DNA of 63,915 nt, counting the filler, from Octopus bimaculoides (taxonomy: Eukaryota), in NCBI RefSeq assembly GCF_001194135.2. It is 7 parts of 7 records of this genome, joined end to end, with 100 filler letters (N's around TTAATTAATTAA, not from the genome) between each part and the next. Parts side by side here need not be neighbours in the genome. Positions count along the whole stretch, not along the records: positions 38,950 to 57,403 come from NC_068984.1; positions 57,504 to 61,470 come from NC_068983.1; positions 61,571 to 62,705 come from NC_069008.1; 4 more parts are not named here. The stretch is one strand, 5' to 3'. Below the pieces are notes generated by a model, which was given only the letters and a program-made list of their open reading frames with translations, did no database searches and had not been told where the DNA came from. Shown piece after piece: positions 50,994 through 61,689 of this stretch; within the stretch, counting starts at the first letter, position 1, and each line of letters begins with the position of its first letter. Both the position numbers and the translations under genes were made by a program.

Positions 50994-51258
50994 GTAAGAA
51001 TATGTCCTTTAACAGCATCATCATCATCATCATCATTATGAAGGTGGTGAGCTGACAGAATTGTTAGCATGCCAGTCAAAATTCTTAGAGGTATTTTGTC
51101 CATCTTTATGTTCTGAGTTCAAATTCCACCAAAGTTGACTTTGCCTTTGAATTTCCTCATGTATCTCTTCATTCAGTTAAGTGAGTGTGACAAGCCAAGT
51201 TTCTGTAAGAAGCCTATGGAACTGTCAAGTTGCATGAGGCAAAATCAGATGATTTCAA

Positions 51259-51289
<31 letters not shown>

Positions 51290-51597
51290 TATATAATGTC
51301 TCAGAACATAATGACCACTAAGCATGCTGTACATTCTGCTAACAATTCTGCCAACTTGCCACATGAGAGAGTGAAAAGACTTTTTCTTTATATTCAACAA
51401 CAAAAAACAAGTTTACAAAGAGGCAACGTAAGAGCTGATTAAAAGTTAGATGAAGTAACATCATTAATTGCAAACTTTAATGGTCACAGTACCCAGAAGC
51501 AAGCTTGTGCAAGTCATTCATTTCTGAAACTTTAGTTCTGAAGCTGAGTTATTCGTATCACAAAATTAAGAAAGAAAAATGAATAAATTATGCTCAG

Positions 51598-52010
51598 GTG
51601 CAGGAGTGGCTGTGTGGTAAGTAGCTTGCTTACCAACCACATGGTTCCGGGTTCAGTCCTACTGCGTGGCANNNNNNNNNNACCACATGGTTCCGGGTTC
51701 AGTCCTACTGCGTGGCACTTTGGGCAAGTGTCTTCTACTATAGCCTCAGGCCGACCAAACTGAAAGAAGCCCGTCGTATATATGTATATGTGTGTGTGTG
51801 TGTCTGTGTTTGTCCCCCCAACATCACTTGACAACCGATGCTGGTGTGTTTATATCCCCGTAACTTAGCTGTTCAGCAAAAGAGACCGATAGAATAAGTA
51901 CTAGGCTTCCAAAGAATAAGTCCTGGGGTCGATTTGCTCGACTAAAGGTGGTGCTCCAGCATGGCCACAGTCAAATGACTGAAACAAGTAAAAGAGTAAA
52001 AGAGTAAAGA
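51598..52010 (+). mobile_element. Composite full SINE family B (head + (TG)n + 3' tail ending (GTAAAAGA)n)
   Basis: Head, body, internal TA/TG tract and tail all present in order; small assembly overlap at 51636-51717. Confidence 0.85.
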
Positions 52011-52213
52011 GTATAGTGTTATTTTAATGGTTATTGGCAATATGGATATAGTATTTGTTTTTTAGACATCAATAACTTTCAAAAATTTTCTCCCAGTCTT
52101 ATGGATTCCATGAGCACAAAAAGTATTGAGAAACCCTGCCCTTGTGAACATCATGCATTCATGAAGATTTTATACAAGAAGCTTTTATTCTTTCCTTTCT
52201 TTCTTTTCAACAG

Positions 52214-52342
52214 ATTTTATTGTCAGCAAAGGATGACATACGTCTTTATAAACTTGAATGCACAGCTTATCCAAAAGGAAGTAAAATAGAAATAGAATTT
52301 CAGACTCCTGTTTTACAGAAGACAGTACAGGATATCCCAATT
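52214..52342 (+). CDS. CFAP47: CFAP47 internal exon (129 nt, phase 0-0)
   Basis: TTTTCAACAG acceptor, ATT|GTAAGT donor. ILLSAKDDIRLYKLECTAYPKGSKIEIEFQTPVLQKTVQDIPI; recalled orthologue ILLKSRYDVRVY...FEFETPAFEALTQNIPI. Confidence 0.93.
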
Positions 52343-52980
52343 GTAAGTGGGAATTAACTTGTCGTATTTTATTTCATTCATTACCCATTTCAATACTGGC
52401 TCACCTGACACCAACACTGCTCTCGTATCTCCAAGCAACTAACGTGTGTGTATATGTGTGTGTGTGTGTGTGCTCATGTGTGTTTGTATGTGTGAATCAT
52501 TGTACAAAATGATGCTAGCGTAAAAGATAGAATCAACACTCAATACATAGAGCAAAGTTATATTTGAAATTTAAGTTGAAGACTTCAAAAGTCCATGACT
52601 TGGTAGCTACCAATTACAATTAGATTTTCTTTACCCGTTTACTGCAGAAATCAGATATATCCATTCAAAATTTCATTACCCTAAACCATGGGAAAGCAGT
52701 TTTATATACCAATCTATCTTTTGTTAAGGAATGTTATGTTTGAGACTACTTTCTGTTGAAGTGCAAGCATAACTGTGTGGCAAGAAGCTTGCTGGCCTTG
52801 GGGAAATATTACCTGGTTTTGAACTAGGTAAAGGTTGATGTGCAAACTCTGCCTCAAATATACTCTGTCTGACCCATGCAAGCATAGAAAAGTAGATATT
52901 AACTGATGATGATATGTCAAGTTTACTAAGGTAACATGACTTGCAGAAAATGCCAATTCTATATTTTGGTAGATATTTAA

Positions 52981-53422
52981 CCCTTTAGCATTTAAACCGG
53001 CCATCATCATCATCATCATCATCGTTTAACGTCCGCTTTCCATGCTAGCATGGGTTGGACGATTTGACTGAGGACTGGTGAAACCGGATGGCAACACCAG
53101 GCTCCAATCTAATTTGGCAGAGTTTCTACAGCTGGATGCCCTTCCTAACGCCAACCACTCAGAGAGTGTAGTGGGTGCTTTTACGTGTCACCCGCACGAA
53201 AACGGCCACGCTCGAAATGGTGTCTATCCGGCCAAAAGTATTCTGCCTATTCTATGTTCAAACTGACCAGATCTAGTCTTTCACACCAACCCTACAATAA
53301 CATTTTAAAGACTAACAGCTACCTCATCAAAATCTCATAGCTACAAGATAATGCATGATTAGTTCAAAACAATGTGGATAAAAAAGCATTAATTATGGCA
53401 GAATAATGTGAACACTAAAGGG
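52981..53422. mobile_element. piggyBac-like MITE (TTAA TSD) interrupted by an RTE tail at 53004-53224
   Basis: TTAA 52977-52980 then CCCTTTAGCATTTA; TGAACACTAAAGGG then TTAA 53423-53426. Confidence 0.8.
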
Positions 53423-53696
53423 TTAACATCATTCCTAAAATACCCATGGAATTTGATTTTGGAGTTAAAGGTTTAAGGACTTTAACAAACTACACTGTCA
53501 ATGTGGTCACTTGATATATTAGAAATTTTCTATATAATCAGATATATTCACTCAAAATTTCAGTGCTCTTAGCAGTGGAAAGCAGTTTTATATACTAGTC
53601 TATCTTCTTTTGAAGTATGCCATGCTTGAAACTATTTTTGAAATTTCCCTGTCACTTTCAGTGTTTTGTAAATATTTGTTTATTTGTTTATTTCAG

Positions 53697-53840
53697 ATAA
53701 ATCCAACCAGTAATATCTGGAACCTGAAAGCTATTGTTGAAGGAGATCCATTCTCAGGACCAGAGAGTTTGGTTGTACCAGCGAATACCACTGCTTTCTA
53801 TCCTATCTGTTACAGACCAGCACTAGAAGAGGGATATAAA
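53697..53840 (+). CDS. CFAP47: CFAP47 internal exon (144 nt, phase 0-0)
   Basis: TTATTTCAG acceptor, AAA|GTAAGT donor. INPTSNIWNLKAIVEGDPFSGPESLVVPANTTAFYPICYRPALEEGYK; recalled human W-F-VTIEGEWFYGPVDLHV...YPLTFKP. Confidence 0.93.
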
Positions 53841-53951
53841 GTAAGTTTTTCTCACTATTCTTAATCTCAGTCAACACTTCTATAGACTATGCATCATTGT
53901 TTCAAATTTTGCCACAAGGCCAGCCCATAGACTCTGTGTAGTCAAACCTTT

Positions 53952-54016
<65 letters not shown>

Positions 54017-55307
54017 TGTGTATGTTTACATTCTGCACTGAGCTACAAGTAGTGATGTTTTTTGACTTCTCCTCTCAACAGATTATTCTCAAGTTCTGTA
54101 CTTTCTAAGATAAGATGAATACAAAAAAATCTGGTAAATATTAACAACCATAAGAGCATCCAGCTATGACAACAATGCCTCAAAAAAAAATAAAATTATG
54201 TTGTCTAACCCATGCTAGTATGGAAAAACAAATGTAATATCAATGAATGAATGAACTTGGGAAGATAAATGACTGAGGTGTTTTCCTTAAATGGATTAAG
54301 GATGCATCTCTGGAGTAATACAGAATATGCTGTTGGAAGTAAAGTAGCAGATCTTGGTGAGGAAGGGAAATAGTAAGCTGGGATGTAGGATGTTTCTCAA
54401 AGCAGAGTTTTGCATATGATTGTATGTAATTTTCCTCTCTGAAGTACAATGATGAAGGTAATTACAAAGATGATAATAATAATCTCAGTTCAATAGCAAA
54501 GATACTATCTTTGCCATTAAAAAATGTGAGTGGGTCAGCTTGTCTGCTATATGGCTATATGGCTAAACAGTTCATGAAGGCAGTTATCAATGTTTTCCAT
54601 TCCTTTCTTTTACTCACAAGAAACCTGGCATAGGTAATTGCTGATTATGATCATATAAAAGTAGTGAATCAGTTGTGATCACACCAAGAAAAATGAATTA
54701 GATTTCATATGGCTAAAGATTAAATCTAATCACTAAAAACAAAATCTAAAAGAGCAGCAGAAAATGAACACACTGATAGTCAACTGTAGTGAATAATTAT
54801 ACAAGTATGTCTTCACATGGGTGATATTTTTACAAACTACATGTTCCATGTATAATTAAAAAGTAATGACGTCTTATCAAAGAACCCACAGTTAGACTGT
54901 TTTGCTGTTAAGGTCTAATAAGGCCAAAATATCTTCAGAAGTATTGCTGAACTGCTAAGGATCAGAATAACTCCCCACTGCATTACATATAATAATTTGT
55001 CTGTCTTGCTTGAGTCTTCAGGTTCAAGCTTTTGTTTATCCTTTTACATCATGTATAAGGGACTGAGATACAAGAATCCTTCCTGACCAGGGAGCCAATC
55101 AGTTGCAGGATTTACCCTGCCGCAACTGTTGCTGATGTTAATTTTCAGTTGAGTGGATTGAAGCAACATGAATTGAAGAATTTTGTTCAAGGGAAGACTG
55201 CATCACATGGTCTGGGGATTGATCCAATCAATTTACAGTCATGAACCCAGTACCCTAACCCCTGCACCACTCATCTTCACCACTAATAATGACTTTTGAA
55301 TAATAGG

Positions 55308-55630
55308 AGCAGGCGTGGCTGTGTGGTAAGAAGCTTGCTTCCCAACAACATGGTTCAGAGTTCAGTCCTACTGCATGGCACTTTGGGAAAGTGTCTTCTG
55401 CTATAGCCTCAGGCCAATCAAAGTCTTGTAAGTGGATGGAAACTGAAAAAAACTGAAAGAAGCCCATCGTGTGTGTGTGTGTGCCTTTGTGGCTGTCCCT
55501 GTAAGTTAGCAGTTCGACAAAAGAGAACAATAGAATAAGTATTATGCTTAAATAAATAAGTCCTGAGGTTGAGTTGTTCAACTAAAACCCTTCACGGTCG
55601 TGCCCCAGTATGGCCACAGTCAAATGGCTG
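55308..55630 (+). mobile_element. SINE family B (head, body, tail)
   Basis: GAGCAGGCGTGGCTGTGTGGTAAGAAGCTTGC...GGCCACAGTCAAATGGCTGAAACAA. Confidence 0.85.
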
Positions 55631-55689
55631 AAACAAAGAAAAGAAAGAATTGTTAATACTATTTATGCTACTGTTTATGGCTTCAGTTT

Positions 55690-56160
55690 TGGTGCAAGAC
55701 AAGCAATTTTAAAGGAGTGTAAGTCAGTTACATGAAGCCCAGTGTTTAACTAGAATTTATTCTGTTGACCTGGAAAGATGAAAAACAAAGTCAACTTCAG
55801 CAGAATTTGAATCCTGAATGTTAAATGTGAGAAGAAATACCATTATGTAGATTTTGTCTGACAAGGTAACGATTCTGCCAGCTCACCGCCTTATTCCAAC
55901 TACTACTAACAGTAGAATTGGAATATTTAGTATAAAATAAGGCAGTGAGCTAGCAGAAATGTTAGCACGCTGGGCGATATGCTTAGCAGTATTTCATCTG
56001 TCTTTACATTCTGAGTTCAAATTCCGCCGAGGCTGACTTTGCCTTTCATCCTTTCATGGTTGATAAATTTAGTACCAGTTGCGTACTGAGGTCAATCTAA
56101 TCGACTGCCCTCCCCCGCCAAAAAAATTTCAAGCCTTGTGCCTAGAGCAGAAAAGAATAT
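55690..56160. mobile_element. Head-to-head pair of SINE C copies (- ending 55893, + starting 55938)
   Basis: AACGATTCTGCCAGCTCACCGCCTTA and TAAGGCAGTGAGCTAGCAGAAATGTT are complementary (4 mismatches in 26) around a 44-nt spacer. Confidence 0.8.
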
Positions 56161-56455
56161 TTAGTTTGAAATATTGCTGGTGTTGTTGTTTGTGGTATTT
56201 AACTTGAAGTTTCGCTCAAAGCAGTCTTACAAGCAATAGTATTTCAGACGTAGCATATTGAGAAATACTTCATCCAATGTTTCCTTTCGTACAACAGTCA
56301 GGTGTGATTTGAGGTAAATCTAATTGCCATATATATCCAGCAGGTTATACAACCACATAGATGCTCCCTCATTGGTTTGTGTGAAGCCAATAGTTAAAGA
56401 AGGGTGGAAGGGAGAGCTGTCGTAATGTTTGAGTAATTATAATTTCTCATTACAG

Positions 56456-56571
56456 GGCAAGTTAGTGCTGATGAATGGAAATGCTGTTATTGAAGACATA
56501 AATCTGGTTGGTAATGCCACAAGCCCTCTCGCAATGGGGGAGATTGTTATCACTTCTGAAGTGAAAGCCAA
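56456..56571 (+). CDS. CFAP47: CFAP47 internal exon (116 nt, phase 0-2)
   Basis: CATTACAG acceptor, AA|GTAAGA donor. GKLVLMNGNAVIEDINLVGNATSPLAMGEIVITSEVKA; recalled human GKLILQN...HIFDINGVGLKPSAVEHIIVECQV. Confidence 0.9.
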
Positions 56572-57067
56572 GTAAGATTCTAGAATCAAATATATCTGTC
56601 TACCTGTTTGTTTACTTAATCTTTTTTTTTTACCTTGTTTCAGTATTGCCTGCATACATAAAGCTCATGAATGACCAAGTTGTTAGGCGAGGTACTAGAT
56701 AAATTACCTGAGAGATTGGTAATTTGGTCTGCTCATGTTTACAGCATTACTTTGTATTGTTTGTTGCAAAGGTCTCTAACTCACAAATGGTCCAGTCCAA
56801 TAACAAATCATTTATTTTGTTAGTAAAAAGTCATAACACAATAATTATGTAGGAATATTGTTGTCAACAAAAAAACAAAAAAAAACATTCAAATAGAGAA
56901 GTGCTGAAGAGGTCACAATGTGTGAGAAAAAAACTTTGACAAAGAACCTAAAATAATAGTAATAGTGCTGAAGTGAAGACTAAATATATAGTGCATGTGT
57001 TTAATTGGCAATATATGACCATCCCTAAGTATAACAATATGTTGTTATTATTTTCTCTAAATTCCAG

Positions 57068-57122
57068 TGCAATACATGTATTGAATGTTCCAAACCGCAC
57101 TAAGAAGAGGCTGACTTATGAG
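57068..57122 (+). CDS. CFAP47: CFAP47 internal exon (55 nt, phase 2-0, probable GC donor)
   Basis: ATTCCAG acceptor. (N)AIHVLNVPNRTKKRLTYE then GAG|GCAAGT; recalled human TQKHITLPHFTNTALTFK|VTADLP. Confidence 0.75.
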
Positions 57123-57403
57123 GCAAGTAGCAAGTAATTGACTCTAAACTATTTGAAACTTTTATTTTCCACTCCCGATCCCATTGTTATTTCTTTGGAA
57201 GTACCTGCTTCACGCAAACATTTGAGGCCATCGATATTATAAATTAAGATCATTTAATAATTGGGTTAGTCTTCACACTCTAACTCACTAAAGCTTACTT
57301 GCACTCTCTCTCTCTCTCTCTCTCTCTACCCCTCTCTCTCTCTCTCTCTCCCCCCCTCTCTCCCTTCCTCTCTCTCTCCCTTCCTTCCTCTCTTTCTCTC
57401 CCT

Positions 57404-57503
57404 NNNNNNNNNNNNNNNNNNNNNNNNNNNNNNNNNNNNNNNNNNNNTTAATTAATTAANNNNNNNNNNNNNNNNNNNNNNNNNNNNNNNNNNNNNNNNN
57501 NNN
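57404..57503. other. Artificial scaffold linker
   Basis: 44 N + TTAATTAATTAA (57448-57459) + 44 N. Confidence 0.95.
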
Positions 57504-57665
57504 ATCGTAGATTTTAAATATTTGAGAGACAACAATGCATAAATCGTAATTTTTAAAAGAGCAATGAAATCTAGGTGAATAGAATATATACGTAGCATGA
57601 ATTTAGGAAGCTTAGAAAATGAATAAGTATGAATTTAAGACAAAAACTGAATTCAATTGAATTTC

Positions 57666-57707
<42 letters not shown>

Positions 57708-58995
57708 TAACTTTCTGAAACATGGATAATTTGTTAATAAAATTTTTCTACATATATATCTCAGATGGTGTAAATTACAATTATATTGGAATTTGTTGTG
57801 TAAAGCATTTTTCTCTCTCTTTTGGTCCTCAACATGGTTGTTTAGTATGCTAGAAATAGCAGTTATTAGGCATAAAAAGCAGCCACTATTCTGATCTCCT
57901 AATACACCACAAAGGGGAAAAAGTCCTTTGCAGTATACTAGGAGCCAAGATTAGTTGATAGTGCATGAAAAAAAACAAGGAAAGAATCTCTGAGGTGAGG
58001 GAGGATTCCGAGCCCTCCCCCTTTTGATTTCGGAGGAAAAAGTCATTTGTGGTATATTAGGAGATGAGATTAGTTGATAGCACAAGAAAAAAGAAAACTG
58101 AAGAAAAGACATTATTTCTCATTGAAATCGAGTTAGGTGTTGTTAAACTATAAATTTAAACTACATCTAAACTACGTGTTTTAATAATATTCAGGCAAAA
58201 ATCAGAAAGAAATTTAACAAGACCCCAAAGAAACTTTTATTTGTTGCATGTTGTTGTGCTAAAAGAGATATACATGAAATGCAAGTTAATAATAATTATT
58301 AATTAGAATTTTTCGGAAGCTGGTTATATACTTACCGATTATTTTTTCTAGAAGCTCTGTTGTAAGACACAGTACTGTCTGTGTGGCAAGAACTTTGTTT
58401 CTTAGCTATATGTTTCTGGATTTGGCATCAGTGTGTGACACCAAATGTCTCCTACCATAGCCCCATGTGTGTAAGTGTGTGTGTGTGTGTGTGTGTTTGT
58501 GTGTGTGTCTGTGTGTACGTGTGCACGTGTATGTGTGGCTGTGTGTGTGTGTGTGTGTGTGTGTGCGCTTGTATGTTTGTGCTTGTCCAAAACCTGAATG
58601 GGTGCCATTGCAAAGAGATTTTCTCTTTTGAATAGACAAGAAATTTTATCTCACTTCCCCCATCTTTCTCTCTCTCACTATACACACACACAAACATGCG
58701 CACGCATGTGTGTATGTATACAATTCTCTACAAAATAAAAATACATATACATACAATCATATACATAAATACAAAAACCTCAAGCAACCCACTATCAAAA
58801 ATAATTGAACTTTTAACCATTGTAGCCAAAATACTGAGTACTGAATTCTTTTACACATACATATCCATTGAGCCTTTTGCTTTTATCATAAAAAATTTTT
58901 TTGCTTTCTTTAATACATACACACACACACATACATACATANNNNNNNNNNNNNNNNNNNNNNNNNNNNNNNNNNNNNNNNNNNNNATATATATA

Positions 58996-59230
58996 GACTA
59001 GCTCTTGTGCTGGTGGCACACAATAAGCACCATTCATGCATGGGTTGTTACCAGTGCCCCCTGACTGGCTCCCTGTGCTAGTGGCACGTAAAAAGCACCA
59101 TCTGAACGTGGCCGACGCCAGTGTCACCTGACAGGCTCCCATGCCAGTGGCACTGGCATCTCAGTCCCGAGTCAAACCATCCAACCCATGCCAGTATGGA
59201 AAACGGACGTTAAAAGATGATGTTGATGAT
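58996..59230 (+). mobile_element. RTE 3'UTR fragment with internal deletion
   Basis: 66-bp-type units joined directly to GTCAAACCATCCAACCCATGCCAGTATGGAAAACGGACGTTAAA(GAT)n. Confidence 0.75.
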
Positions 59231-59328
59231 ATATATATATATAAATATATATAGTTTCCCCAAAATTAAACATAAACAAATATATATATATATATATATA
59301 TACATACATGCACATACACACATACATT

Positions 59329-60625
59329 GGACTCAAAATAACAATTGAGACCATCATCATCATAATAAATTTACCAGACATCATGCTAAACTTGGGCTCC
59401 GGTTCATATATGCCCTATCACAAACCAAATGAGAGGCTGTCCCACATTAACACAGCCTCCTGCTACCCACCTATCATGCTCAGGAGCCTGATTAAGGATG
59501 TCAGCAAGAAGATCTAAAAACTTCTTCTTGAATCAAGAAATTTTTGACTCTGCAGCCTCCTATTACAACAAGGCCTAGGTGTTCAGAGGGTTTCAGGACT
59601 GCATCTCCTATATGCCAGGCCAGCTGAGGAAAGGAAGAACTCTGTGAAGGTCATTTGGTTTGCCCTACTCTTCTCTCTCAATGTTAAAACTTGTGTGGGA
59701 AGGATTCTCCTAGGTTAGTGGACAAGCACTTCACACAGACACACAGGTACAAAAGTTTATTCAATAGGCACAGCCTAAGGCTCTCCATTAGTTTTGCTCT
59801 CAACATTAAAAATTGTTAGTGAACTCCCCTAAAACGCGGGCAGAGGCTAGTTGCTCATGCAGGGAGTACAATGATTTCCCAGTGGGAGGCCAATGTGAGG
59901 CTAAGGGAGTCATATATGAGGCTATGGTCGTATTCAGCCCTAACAACCAAAATAATACCAGCAGCAGATACCAACATTAGCAACTGCAACTGCAGCACCA
60001 ACACCAATACTATGGCTGGAGATAACAGCTATGCCAGCAGCAGTGGAACTACCAGTCCCACACCCAGAAATAACAACACCAACAACAGCTCCAACACCAC
60101 TGGCAACAGCAGTACAACACCAATACCGCAGCTGAGGATGACTACTATGCCAATAACAGCAGCAACAGTGGAATCACTAGACCCCTGCCCTGTAATAACA
60201 ATATCAATGGTAGCGACAGCACCTCCAACAACAGCAACATCAGGCCTGGGGCCAATGGAAGAAACACCAAAGGCAATAAGACAACCAGCACTCAAGTTCG
60301 GAGATACATTGGTCCAGCTGGAACTGCCTTTAAGCAATGCCTATACAACCATAGGTCCACTTTTAGGATTCTGGAAAGATGTTACATCACATCCCTGGCC
60401 ACTCATGTGCTGTACTTTAAGGATGAATGTACTCCACATGCAATTAAATGGACGCTCATAGAGCAACTGGGTCCTATATAAATAGGAGAGGATGATGTAA
60501 GCTTTGCATAGCAGAGTGAGTAAGAATCCTTAAAGACTCGCAGGACTTGGAAACACTTTTAAGCTCCAGAAATGAGATCTATAGCTCTTGTCTGCATCTT
60601 AAATGCTGCCTGTTGCAGGTGTTCA
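59329..60625 (+). mobile_element. Decayed Penelope-like retroelement (RT C-terminus + GIY-YIG endonuclease)
   Basis: GLKITIET...INLPDIMLNLGSGSYMPYHKPNERLSHINTASCYPP; a VIWFA..FSLNVKT.VGRI motif; CSCREYNDFPVGGQCEAKGVIYEAMV (59852-59929); RRYIGPAGTAFKQCLYNHRSTF (from 60299); CKLCIAE...LLSSRNEIYSSCLH. Multiple stops and frameshifts. Confidence 0.9.
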
Positions 60626-61108
60626 TTGATTAGGGCTATAAAAAATATTGTGAAATGGAACCAACCTAAGGGTGAAGATTCCCCATTCGTTGTTTAGAAC
60701 CATAAAAATTTGCTGACTGATCTAAGGGCGATAACCTATGCCATTTAAGGTTCAGACAGTATCTTTTGTTTGCAAAAATAACTGACTTTAATGTTTTTAT
60801 ATCTCCTGTTTGAAAAGAGGTTATATGTCCGCAACTATTGGAGCCTGTTAAACCATCTATAAGACTAAGCATGTAGATGTATGTATTATATTATTAAATA
60901 CTTATATTAATATATACTAGCAGGACCCGTGAATATTTCATGGAATTAATGGTAAATCTATTGGGTTATTTCTGAAAACTTTATCCAAAAAACCTGAAAG
61001 CATAGCCTGTGTTGTCTGTATGAAAAGAGAGTCATCCATCTGCTACTCATTGAATAGTGAAAGAAATTGGAATACGATGGTTACTTAATGCACTTTATAT
61101 ATTTTATG

Positions 61109-61470
61109 CACAAATAATTACAGAGGCAACACAAATAATTACAGAGGCATCAAGCTGTTAGATCAGGTTATGAAAGTTACAGAGAGGGTCATAGCCCAAC
61201 TAATTAGGGAGCGAATCAATTTAGATGAGATGCAGTTTGGGTTTGTGCCAGGTAAAAGCACTACTGATGCCTTATTTCTAGTGAGACAGTTGCAGGAGAA
61301 ATACCTAGCTAAGGATAAACCTCTGTACCTGGCTTTCGTTGACATGGAGAAAGCCTTTGACAGGGTCCCCCGATCCCTTATCTGGTGGTCAATGAGGAAA
61401 CTTGGGATAGAAGAATGGTTAGTGAGAGCTGTGCGAGCCATGTACAGAGATGCTGCCAGTAAGGTGAGGG
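61109..61470 (+). mobile_element. RTE LINE reverse-transcriptase fragment (open frame, runs into linker)
   Basis: TNNYRGIKLLDQVMKVTERVIAQLIRERINLDEMQFGFVPGKSTTDALFLVRQLQEKYLAKDKPLYLAFVDMEKAFDRVPR: N-terminal RT motifs (NYRGI, QFGF, FVDxEKAFD). Confidence 0.95.
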
Positions 61471-61570
61471 NNNNNNNNNNNNNNNNNNNNNNNNNNNNNN
61501 NNNNNNNNNNNNNNTTAATTAATTAANNNNNNNNNNNNNNNNNNNNNNNNNNNNNNNNNNNNNNNNNNNN
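61471..61570. other. Artificial scaffold linker
   Basis: 44 N + TTAATTAATTAA (61515-61526) + 44 N. Confidence 0.95.
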
Positions 61571-61572
61571 AA

Positions 61573-61603
<31 letters not shown>

Positions 61604-61689
61604 TTGATTGATTATGCATGTATATGCAAATATTCATATATGTGTGTATGAATTTATATACACACACACATATACATATATGGGTGTGT

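Noticed and set aside
51636-51717. 36-nt duplication in a SINE head
   Set aside because: Flanks a 10-N gap; assembly overlap.
57916-58110. About 65-bp diverged direct repeat with 119-bp offset
   Set aside because: Short, AT-rich, and no associated structure.
59871-60461. 196-aa mucin-like ORF as a host gene
   Set aside because: It is an alternative-frame read of the Penelope endonuclease region and its low-complexity insert.
60610-60640. TGTTGCAG|GTG as the acceptor of the next CFAP47 exon
   Set aside because: In-frame stop after four codons, it lies within the Penelope remnant, and it shows no similarity to the expected continuation.
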